In this document: piece by piece, positions 51,901 to 59,229 of the stretch | How the letters are laid out: every line of letters starts with the position of its first letter | Numbering within the stretch: position 1 is the first letter of the stretch | Source: Candidatus Pacearchaeota archaeon | GTDB lineage: Archaea > Nanobdellota > Nanobdellia > UBA10117 > JAFCGI01 | Length of the DNA stretch: 64,000 bases | Direction of reading: 5' to 3' | Assembly: GCA_017608235.1 (NCBI GenBank) | Contig: JAFCGI010000002.1 | Location: 44,425-108,424, forward strand | Notes under the pieces: generated by a model | Told to the model about the DNA's origin: nothing | Database searches by the model: none | Seen by the model: the letters and a program-made list of their open reading frames with translations, nothing else | Program-made: the position numbers and the translations under genes

Positions 51901-53223
51901 ATCTGTTCCAGCATCATATTCATTACCGCCGTCAGAATCATCAAACAATATATCGTCTCCTGCTACAAAGTTTTGGAAATCTCCGTCTCCAGATTTTATT
52001 ATTGCACCATTTGAGCTATTCATAATCAGCTCACCATCATCATATGCTCCATTGTTGCTTGACCCACTTTCTATAGCAGCTATTTCATTCGCAAATACTT
52101 TTGTGTCTGCCTCTCCGCTTTTAACAATTTCTCCATCATCCAAGTTACTATCAGAAGAAATAATTATTGATTCTTCCACATCATATGTATCTATACTATG
52201 TGAGTTATGTGTATCAGAATATTTATGATCTGATTGACTAAAAAAGCTAACTAAATCTGCATTCCCATTTACTAACACAGTATCCCAATCATCTAAAGTT
52301 CCATTTGTAGAGTTTATTATTGCTTCTCCAGAATCATACTGGGAATCATGATCATCATCTATCCAATAAATATTTGTAAAGTCAGCACTTAATGCATCTC
52401 CATGGCTTGGAGAATCTGCACCATTATAATAAGAACAATCATCTGCACTTGCAGGCGTATATTTAGAATCATTATCCAAATCTAGAACAATTGCTTCTCC
52501 AGTAGCATACGCTTGATCTCCACCTTCAAGAGAAAGTGTTGGATATGTACTAGTTGGAGCTAAAGGATTTAAAACATCACCAGCAGATTTTGAATCATCT
52601 GCTCCTGGAGAACCAGATGCAGCAGTTGCAGTACCATCTGCATCTACAACTGTATCTGCAGCGCTAGTCCAAACATCATCTCCATCATCATCTATTAAAA
52701 TACAATCTGAATTAACAAATGTTGTATCTGCTCCATTTATAGCAATTCTTTGAGATGGATTCACTGGGAATATATTTAATGCATCTCCAGCACTATATGT
52801 ATCTGAAGACCCACCAGTATATAATACATTATCTGAAGCACTAGTATATACTCCATCATTATCATCATCTACTATAATATCTGAATTTCCTTCTACATAT
52901 CCTGCAGAACAATTACCATCTTGTCTAGCAAACGCCTCTGCATGAATATTACCTAAAGATAAAAATGAAATTAAATCATCCCCAGTCCAAGAGGAAGTAG
53001 CTCCATTATGTATAAGAACATCTGCAGCAGCGCTGCCTGTAGCATTAGGCAATACAATATTTAATACAATTTTATTTGTTTTACTTGCCCCGATAGTATA
53101 TGCACTAACATCTTCTTTAACAACATTTGAAGCCTGAAAAGCAAAAACAAAATTTCCAGAAAAAGCTAAAACCAAAACCATTAATATAGCTATTATAATT
53201 TTTTTGTTTGAAATATCAAACAC
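48997..53223 (-). CDS. Giant secreted acidic repeat protein with many EF-hand/dockerin-like DxDxD...E loops
   Basis: Signal peptide (M)FDISNKKIIIAILMVLVLAFSGNFVFAFQA. At least 9 twelve-residue loops have D/N at positions 1, 3 and 5, an aromatic residue at 8 and Glu at 12 (for example DDDHDSQYDSGE, DNDHDDAYDNTE, DSDSDGDYDAGE), and 4 further loops are of the DDDxDGxYTSA(S/A)D type. There is no C-terminal TM helix. The only start is a GTG inside GGAGGTG. Confidence 0.7.
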   Translation of the reverse strand: MFDISNKKIIIAILMVLVLAFSGNFVFAFQASNVVKEDVSAYTIGASKTNKIVLNIVLPNATGSAAADVLIHNGATSSWTGDDLISFLSLGNIHAEAFARQDGNCSAGYVEGNSDIIVDDDNDGVYTSASDNVLYTGGSSDTYSAGDALNIFPVNPSQRIAINGADTTFVNSDCILIDDDGDDVWTSAADTVVDADGTATAASGSPGADDSKSAGDVLNPLAPTSTYPTLSLEGGDQAYATGEAIVLDLDNDSKYTPASADDCSYYNGADSPSHGDALSADFTNIYWIDDDHDSQYDSGEAIINSTNGTLDDWDTVLVNGNADLVSFFSQSDHKYSDTHNSHSIDTYDVEESIIISSDSNLDDGEIVKSGEADTKVFANEIAAIESGSSNNGAYDDGELIMNSSNGAIIKSGDGDFQNFVAGDDILFDDSDGGNEYDAGTDDIFIDDDEDGVYTSAADAEADCDGSTSTNKGTCDSHSEGDALVSMGDNKVDWDDNDAADGVYLCTDDLSNPTAIRVDLNQDCTDNGGNDGTYLLGSAAATTKVTNKWAFVDSDADGLLDNGEDLYIEETAGSSTYSAGADEVLVDGTGALNAGDSGLGIQNDAEVGYLDGDHDSSYTDYEILIDLGDGNSLANDANVPITAQGLQKATGDWDVIDAVLLNSSAVYCDNDHDDAYDNTEAIIVSGTAGQLNTGDTVETSGTCDLLDFTAGSSSNDRRLAFSDDNNDGDYSTGEAIIQETSGDADTTLESTDTIFLSGSADLDGDWTTANNADGPLVHTSTGVFVATNDVCKEVVDGGLTYSDGTADTKILDEGGAISNGATLALLDGTGNLVYNDENSNNEWDNGEDIITENYAGEFTWSAAADTKLDADSLDVDCSGMSAGDTITLLDNTTNLVFYDVNTNSDWNTGEDIILENHVGELTYSDIADTVVVNGGDSISAGTTLCDFPTTYKYVDDSEDDTFDSSEDIYNDVGANVNVTDKAEDELNVFIVKNIGDQDRSELTVKAWVDDGDGVFEPGSDDSALGAGTGSYDASINGWIWTGLSEAIPASGLRIFVSVDTGAGVTDGATLRFQIPILIDSDSDGDYDAGEEGVFVASNNDGPTDANVTNADSQTIDITGPNITSVTINGTLVTVVFNENIVHSGTKTYNSDGSGTAGNTINETFVSYTDGAGGSASIVAGNPTVSANDTLVYTLDGFATFSATLGAQTNKFYDYAGNAVGTAAVTSTGAPDEHIDLSSGWNLISTPRVLDNSTWSDVIAYYDGLNWSIAYTYDNGWVQVTSNYTLDPLEAIYINITEADELAFFYKKATPGPNCVYPSRSLTSGWNLVSLNENISTKWTTALDDLEVVSGESNDYKGLSKILSPSPPNANYYLEASSKYEDDSGSNMDEYEGYWVLMERADTLTGQRCD

Positions 53224-53391
53224 CTCCTTTTCAACGCTATCTAAGTTACGTTAGTTTTTTCCAAGAAACAGATATATATAAAGATTATTAGTCACTAATA
53301 AATAAGGAAGCAAATAGAGACTCTAGACTATATTTCCAACAATTAATAAAAATTAATAAAAAAATTAATAAAAAAAACAAATAAAATCAAA

Positions 53392-54636
53392 ATGGTAAGT
53401 ACTGCTAAACTCTGTTTAATCTGTAAAGGCTCCCGGAATTTATGTGGTAATAACCCCTGCCCTCTAATGATCAAATATAAGATAAAACCTATGATCCAAG
53501 AACAACTTAGTAAAGAATATTTTGGACCTTCAACCTCTGTCTTCGTAGGCTATTATAATTATCCAAATGTGTTTGTTGGACCAATGGCCTCTCTTGACAC
53601 AGAAAATTTAAAACAAATAGAATCTCCAAATTCCTGGATTTCAAAATCCTATGCTGAAATAATTAAACTTAGATCCACACTGCTAAGATCTAAATACAAA
53701 CAAAATATTTTCTCTAGATCTAGATTTATAGAAGAAAACCAACTTCTAGCTCTTGCTAAAAAGCCAACAGATACAGAACTTAACTTCTTAAGAAAACCAG
53801 TCTTCAAAGCTTCCTTCTCAGACATGACTCAACCACATGGTCCCTCAGCCACACTAAAAAATCTAAGAATCACAGAGAACATTAAAATTTCAAGAAAAGT
53901 TGAAAACATAGTTTTTGATGAATTAAAATCTGCAGACCAAGCTAATCTTCTATACAAAAAAGGCCAAGACATCTACAAAATAACCACAATCCTAAGCTCT
54001 GGAACTCTTGGTTTAACAAGAAACAAAAAGCTAGTTCCAACTCGATGGAGCATAACCGCTGTTGATGATATCTTAACCAAAAAAATGCTTCAAGATATAA
54101 GATACTTCTCAGAAATTTCTGAATACTATGTCTTTGAATCCCAGCACCTTGACAACCATTTTCTTATACTTATGCTTCCTGGAAAGTTTGAATATGAAAA
54201 CTTTGAAGCTTGGGCTCCTGGCTCTACTTGGTATGATCCTGCTCTCGAAATTCTACCAGAAGCAGCTAAAAAGAAAATGACTCAGCCAGTCATCCTAAAA
54301 GAATATGAACCCTTCCAGGGAAGAAAGAAATACGCAGAACTAGAAGGCGGAGGCTACTATGCAGCAAGAATTGCTTGCATCGAACACTTACATAAGATAC
54401 ACAGACAAGCCAGAGTAATAGTTTTCAGAGAGGTCTATGAGGGTTATAATATTCCTTTAGGAGTTTGGGTTGTAAGAGAAACTGCTAGACAGGCTTTCAA
54501 ACATAAGCCTCAAAAATTCCCCTCACTCAATCAAGCTCTAACATATATTAATTCAAAACTCCGCCTGCCCATAGAGAAATACAAAAAGCAAAGCACAATC
54601 CTAAAACAAAAAAGATTGTTTGACTTTCTCAAATAA
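53392..54636 (+). CDS. nreA: Nre-family DNA repair protein (NreA-like)
   Basis: N-terminal Cys cluster CLICKGSRNLCGNNPCPL is typical of archaeal Nre proteins; 414 aa. Confidence 0.7.
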   Translation: MVSTAKLCLICKGSRNLCGNNPCPLMIKYKIKPMIQEQLSKEYFGPSTSVFVGYYNYPNVFVGPMASLDTENLKQIESPNSWISKSYAEIIKLRSTLLRSKYKQNIFSRSRFIEENQLLALAKKPTDTELNFLRKPVFKASFSDMTQPHGPSATLKNLRITENIKISRKVENIVFDELKSADQANLLYKKGQDIYKITTILSSGTLGLTRNKKLVPTRWSITAVDDILTKKMLQDIRYFSEISEYYVFESQHLDNHFLILMLPGKFEYENFEAWAPGSTWYDPALEILPEAAKKKMTQPVILKEYEPFQGRKKYAELEGGGYYAARIACIEHLHKIHRQARVIVFREVYEGYNIPLGVWVVRETARQAFKHKPQKFPSLNQALTYINSKLRLPIEKYKKQSTILKQKRLFDFLK

Positions 54637-54703
54637 ACATGCTCTTTCTCAAATAAATATCCTCTTTCTCAAATAAACATGCTCTTTCTCAAATAAATAT
54701 CCT
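54622..54703 (+). repeat. 20-nt tandem array (4 copies, alternating two variants) that begins inside the last codons of nreA
   Basis: gaCTTTCTCAAATAAACATG / CTCTTTCTCAAATAAATATC / CTCTTTCTCAAATAAACATG / CTCTTTCTCAAATAAATATC; the first copy contains the nreA stop (TTT CTC AAA TAA). Confidence 0.9.
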
Positions 54704-54792
54704 GATTCCCTTTTAGAGAATAATCTGTATTCCTTTGAATCCTTTTATTAGAAGTCCATAAAAACCATCAAAGAGAAAAGTTATAAGATATT

Positions 54793-54832
54793 TCACAAAG
54801 TAAATACAAAAATCACAAAGTAAATACAAAAA
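54793..54832 (+). repeat. Perfect 2 x 20-nt tandem repeat
   Basis: TCACAAAGTAAATACAAAAA occurs twice, in the nreA-polX spacer. Confidence 0.9.
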
Positions 54833-54916
54833 TTTTTTCTAAGAAGTAGCTAAGTAAATTTATAAGTTCTAAATATTATAATAATATAATATATAATAAC
54901 TTAATAACAATATAAC

Positions 54917-56641
54917 ATGAAAAACTTAGAACTTGCTAAGATCTTCAATGAAATTGCAGATATCCTTGAAATTCAAGATATACAATGGAAGCCTCAAGCA
55001 TACAGAAAAGCAGCCAGTTCTATAGCATCTTTAAGCATAGACATTGAAAAAATCTATAAAAAATCTGGATTAAAAGGTCTTGACTCAATCCCTGGAGTAG
55101 GAAAACACCTCGCACTAAAAATAGAAGAATATCTAAAAACTGGAAAAATCAAAGCATATAAACAACTAAAGAAAAAAGTTCCAATCGATCTTGCAGAATT
55201 AACTCATATAGAATTTCTTGGTCCAAAGAAAGCTAAACGTCTCTACAAGGAACTTAAAATAAAAAACATTAAAGATTTAGAAAAAGCTGCAAAAGCAGGA
55301 AAAATCGCAAAACTATCTGGCTTCGGAGAAAAAAGCCAACAAGACATTCTTGAAGGTCTAGGAATGTACAAGCTCGGAAAGAAACGTGCTCTTCTAAACA
55401 TAGCTTTGCCTATTGCTAAAGAAATCATCCAATCCCTAAACAAACTAAAAGAAGTAAAATCTGCAGAATATGTAGGTTCCTTACGCAGAATGAAAGAAAC
55501 CGTTAGGGATATTGATATTTTAGTTATTTCAAATAAACCTAAAAAAGTCATCCAAACTTTCACATCCTTAGATAATGTCAAAAAAGTATTAGCAAAGGGT
55601 CCAACCAAAGCATCAGTAGTCCTAAAAAACAACATGCATTCAGATCTTCGTGTTCTTAAGCCAGAAGAAAAAGGCGCTGGCCTTTTATACTTTATAGGCT
55701 CAAAAGAACATAATATAGCATTAAGAAAAATAGCAATCGAAAAAGGCTATAAACTTAGCGAGTATGGTTTATTCTCTAGGAACACTGGAAAAAGGATTCC
55801 AGGTACATCAGAAAAAGACATTTACAAAGCGCTTAGTCTAAAATATATTCCTCCAGAACTTCGTGAGAATCAAGGCGAGATAGAGGCTGCAAAGAAAGGC
55901 AAAATCCCAACTCTAATCTCCATAAAGGATATCAAAGGCGATTTTCATGTTCATAGTAAATGGAGTGATGGCTCAGATAGCATAAAAGATCTAGCAACTA
56001 CAGCTAAAAAACTTGGTTATCAATATCTTTGTATATCAGATCATTCCAAATCAGAAAAGATAGCTAACGGACTCTCTGAATCCAACTTACTTAAACAAAT
56101 CAAACTAATAAAAAAACTTAACAAAAACTTCAGAGGCTTCAAACTACTGGCAGGTTCTGAAGTAGATATCCTTGCAGATGGTTCTTTAGACTATCCAGAA
56201 AAAATCCTAAAACAGCTAGACATAGTCATTGGCTCAATACATTCCCGATTCAAGTCTTCAAAACAGGAAATGACAAAGCGAATCTGTACTGCCTTAGAAA
56301 ATAAACATCTTAACATTCTAGGTCATCCTACTGGAAGATTAATCAATCAAAGAAAACCCTATAACCTTGATCTTGATCAGGTGTTCAAGGTAGCTTTAGA
56401 AAACAAAAAACATCTTGAATTAAATGCTTTCCCTAACCGCCTCGACCTCTCAGACACAAATCTAAAAGAAGCTATAGAACTAGGACTAAAGATCAGCATT
56501 GGCACAGATGCACATTCTAAAGATCAAATGAATTATATGAAGTTTGGTGTAGCAACTGCAAGACGGGGCTGGTGCCAAAAGAATCATATCCTAAACACAT
56601 TTACACTAAAACAACTTCCAAAATACTTTAAGAAACTCTAA
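54917..56641 (+). CDS. polX: Family X DNA polymerase with a C-terminal PHP domain (PolX)
   Basis: Pol-beta-like HhH N-terminus, nucleotidyltransferase GSLRRMKETVRDIDILV, and PHP motifs DFHVHSKWSDG, ISDHS and GTDAHS. Confidence 0.9.
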   Translation: MKNLELAKIFNEIADILEIQDIQWKPQAYRKAASSIASLSIDIEKIYKKSGLKGLDSIPGVGKHLALKIEEYLKTGKIKAYKQLKKKVPIDLAELTHIEFLGPKKAKRLYKELKIKNIKDLEKAAKAGKIAKLSGFGEKSQQDILEGLGMYKLGKKRALLNIALPIAKEIIQSLNKLKEVKSAEYVGSLRRMKETVRDIDILVISNKPKKVIQTFTSLDNVKKVLAKGPTKASVVLKNNMHSDLRVLKPEEKGAGLLYFIGSKEHNIALRKIAIEKGYKLSEYGLFSRNTGKRIPGTSEKDIYKALSLKYIPPELRENQGEIEAAKKGKIPTLISIKDIKGDFHVHSKWSDGSDSIKDLATTAKKLGYQYLCISDHSKSEKIANGLSESNLLKQIKLIKKLNKNFRGFKLLAGSEVDILADGSLDYPEKILKQLDIVIGSIHSRFKSSKQEMTKRICTALENKHLNILGHPTGRLINQRKPYNLDLDQVFKVALENKKHLELNAFPNRLDLSDTNLKEAIELGLKISIGTDAHSKDQMNYMKFGVATARRGWCQKNHILNTFTLKQLPKYFKKL

Positions 56642-56756
56642 ACAAAAACTTAAGTTATAAGAAAACCTCATATTTAAATCAAAGGAAAACTTTGCAAATC
56701 AAAGATATTCTTAGAAGTTCTAATATCTAAAGTATTAATTAAATCAAAAATAAATT

Positions 56757-57101
56757 CTAAAGTCCTGCAGCAGGCCTATATCCTGCAGCCTCAGCTTCCG
56801 AAGCATTATAGAAACAAAGTCTATTCTGCGGAAGAATTGTTACAGCATACCCAGAATGACATTTATGATAAACATTAGACTCACTAGATCCTACATACAC
56901 AGTTCCTTCAGGACATCCTATATCTATGCAGTCTGCTATATCTTCAGAACTTATTTCATTAGCAGAAGTTCCAGCATCTTCAGTTACATCTAAATAATAA
57001 TATACTAAAAACATAGTACTAATAGCAATAACAACTAAAATAGCAACTACAAATCTTCCTATGTATTCTTTAGGCGCCCCATTAAAAGCATCTGCTAACA
57101 T
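56757..57101 (-). CDS. Anchored small protein with a Cys/His motif
   Basis: N-terminal TM helix, then CIDIGCPEG...YHKCHSGY...LCFYNASEAEAAGYRPA. This resembles the 'YH..C......f.s..eA...Gy.pC' metal-binding motif, but the last Cys is missing. Confidence 0.35.
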   Translation of the reverse strand: MLADAFNGAPKEYIGRFVVAILVVIAISTMFLVYYYLDVTEDAGTSANEISSEDIADCIDIGCPEGTVYVGSSESNVYHKCHSGYAVTILPQNRLCFYNASEAEAAGYRPAAGL

Positions 57102-57109
57102 CTCTTAAA

Positions 57110-57325
57110 TCACCATCTTCCTAATTTTAAACCCATCAAGGCCTTTGCTATTTTCATATATCCAGCACAAGCTAATCCAACAATTATCATAATCAAATAA
57201 ACTCTCCAGTGCAAGAAACTATCTAATATAATAATATCATACAACCATTTACTTGTCCCAACAATCAAGAATATTATTCCTATAGTTTCTATCGCCCAAT
57301 GCTGCTCATCATCAATAAATCCCAT
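57110..57325 (-). CDS. Hypothetical two-TM mini-protein
   Basis: 71-aa ORF with two hydrophobic segments. Confidence 0.3.
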   Translation of the reverse strand: MGFIDDEQHWAIETIGIIFLIVGTSKWLYDIIILDSFLHWRVYLIMIIVGLACAGYMKIAKALMGLKLGRW

Positions 57326-57400
57326 CTAAAATATTATTCAAAGGTCTAATATAAATTTTATCAATAACAAAAATATATTAATTCACTTATCATATGTTGC

Positions 57401-58054
57401 TCAAATTTCAATTTTTGAAAAAGTTTCATAAGAAGCAGAAGGAACAGAAGAAATAGAACTTTCTTTGTAATTCTCTAAAATCTTCTTTCCAATCTTAACT
57501 AATTTTGCCTTATCAGCCATCGTAGTATTTGCTTCTTCATAAGTGTTTCCAGAGTTTGTATATGAAATCTGCACTAGCATCAAATCCTCAGAATAAGCTA
57601 ACATCAAAACTCTTGGATTATATTCATTCTCATAAAAACCTACTTGGCCTCCAACTCCTAAATCTATATATGCAAAATCATGCCAATGCATAAAATTCGC
57701 AGCTCTCTTTATTGCATGATCCATATTATCCTGCGTATCTAAAAACTTAATCCAAATATAGATACTCTCATTCCCATTAGATAATTTCCAATGAGCTACA
57801 TCCTTAACCCCTTGACTAGCTAATGTTTTAGCAATATCTATATCTAACTCAAAAAAGCTCTTGGTTTTATAATCCATCTGCCAACCATCTAATCCAGATA
57901 AATCATCATCAGAAAAAAGAGTATATGCTATATATTTACTGCTAGAACTAGAATTATAAACTTCTGGATTAGACTTATGTATTGTGGATCCTCCAGTAAT
58001 ACAACCACTTACAAAAAACATCATAAGCATTAAACAAATAAACTTATATTTCAT
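57401..58054 (-). CDS. Putative lipoprotein
   Basis: Start taken at MKYKFICLMLMMFFVSGC, a lipobox-like VSGC after a hydrophobic signal. Confidence 0.4.
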   Translation of the reverse strand: MKYKFICLMLMMFFVSGCITGGSTIHKSNPEVYNSSSSSKYIAYTLFSDDDLSGLDGWQMDYKTKSFFELDIDIAKTLASQGVKDVAHWKLSNGNESIYIWIKFLDTQDNMDHAIKRAANFMHWHDFAYIDLGVGGQVGFYENEYNPRVLMLAYSEDLMLVQISYTNSGNTYEEANTTMADKAKLVKIGKKILENYKESSISSVPSASYETFSKIEI

Positions 58055-58120
58055 AGCATTTCTAGAAACTTTCAAATTTAAAAACATTATTAAATCATAT
58101 TACATATTTAAAAACATATC

Positions 58121-58210
58121 AAAAATAGATTAGATATTAAAAATAGATTAGATATTAAAAATAGATTAGATATTAAAAACATATTAGATATCAAAAATAG
58201 ATTAGATATT
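58121..58210 (+). repeat. 18-nt tandem array, 5 copies (4 perfect, 1 variant) plus partial flanking copies
   Basis: AAAAATAGATTAGATATT at 58121, 58139, 58157 and 58193; the variant AAAAACATATTAGATATC at 58175. The array ends ~15 nt before the ATG at 58226. Confidence 0.9.
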
Positions 58211-58225
58211 AAAAACACTAGAAAA

Positions 58226-58789
58226 ATGATATTCACTATCAGAGAAATCCTAGAAATCATAATAACAATCCTTGCATTAGGATATATCTTTTCTATATTT
58301 ATAAAAAGGGAAAAAAGTTATGAAGATGAGTTATTCTCAAATCGATTTTTTGATTGGGAAGATATAAAGTATTCTGCTATTATAACTGCTCCTGCAATCA
58401 TCCTCCATGAGCTTGGACATAAGTTTGTAGCTCTTGGCTTAGGATACCAAGCAATCTATCATATGTCTACATTCGGATTAACAATAGGAATATTCTTAAG
58501 ACTCATTGGCTCAGGTTTTTTATTCTTCATCCCTGGATATGTCTCAGTTTCAGCTCTCACCACTCCCTTAGAAATGAGCATGATAGCATTCGCAGGCCCA
58601 CTAATAAACTTAATTCTTTTCCTAACAACCACAATCCTGTTAAAATACAATCTTTATCCAAAATATACCCGTGCCTTACTTCTCACAAAGCAAATCAATC
58701 TCTGGCTATTCATCCTAAACATGATTCCTTTTCCAGGTTTTGATGGCTATAAAGTCTTTTATGGCTTATTCAAACTAATTGGATTCTAA
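58226..58789 (+). CDS. Minimal site-2-protease-like (M50) intramembrane zinc metalloprotease
   Basis: HELGH in a TM segment (AIILHELGHKF) and a second TM motif NLWLFILNMIPFPGFDGYKV (NxxPxxxxDG); 187 aa. Confidence 0.6.
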   Translation: MIFTIREILEIIITILALGYIFSIFIKREKSYEDELFSNRFFDWEDIKYSAIITAPAIILHELGHKFVALGLGYQAIYHMSTFGLTIGIFLRLIGSGFLFFIPGYVSVSALTTPLEMSMIAFAGPLINLILFLTTTILLKYNLYPKYTRALLLTKQINLWLFILNMIPFPGFDGYKVFYGLFKLIGF

Positions 58790-58831
58790 TTTCAAAATAA
58801 AGAAAGAAAAAGGAGGAAAACAGGCTTTTAT

Positions 58832-59092
58832 TTATCCACCAGGAATGGCTTTAGGAATCGATCTTACAGATTCCTGACTTATTGGAAGTTTAATTTTTAA
58901 TACAGATTCAATAAATGCTTTAAGTTCATCTTTATTTAGAGTTTTATTCAAACCTATAACTCGAAAATAACCATAACCAGCAACAGGTACCTTTACATTA
59001 TTATTAACATTATCTTCTAAAATAGAATAATATTCCTCTGCATCTTTTCTAGTTCGAAGATCAAATATTTTATACATGCTATGCACCCCCAT
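58832..59092 (-). CDS. Hypothetical protein
   Basis: 86-aa ORF with no recognisable motif. Confidence 0.3.
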   Translation of the reverse strand: MGVHSMYKIFDLRTRKDAEEYYSILEDNVNNNVKVPVAGYGYFRVIGLNKTLNKDELKAFIESVLKIKLPISQESVRSIPKAIPGG

Positions 59093-59229
59093 AAATCAAG
59101 AAAAGATATACATATATATAATTTTGCCAAAAATTTTGGTATATATATAACAATAAGACCAAAAACTTTATAATAGACAAAGTATTGGCTGGTATAAACA
59201 TCTCACATTATGATAAGAGGTATCTCAAA

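Noticed and set aside
54622-54832. Whether the repeat-rich AT spacers (54.6-54.9 kb, 58.1 kb) mark a replication origin with ORB-like repeats.
   Set aside because: There is no orc1/cdc6 gene adjacent, the repeats are direct tandem copies rather than inverted ORB elements flanking an unwinding region, and both lie in ordinary short intergenic promoters.
54622-58210. Whether the tandem arrays at 54622-54703, 54793-54832 and 58121-58210 are CRISPR arrays.
   Set aside because: The repeats are only 18-20 nt long and directly abut each other with no spacers. No cas genes are present in the window.
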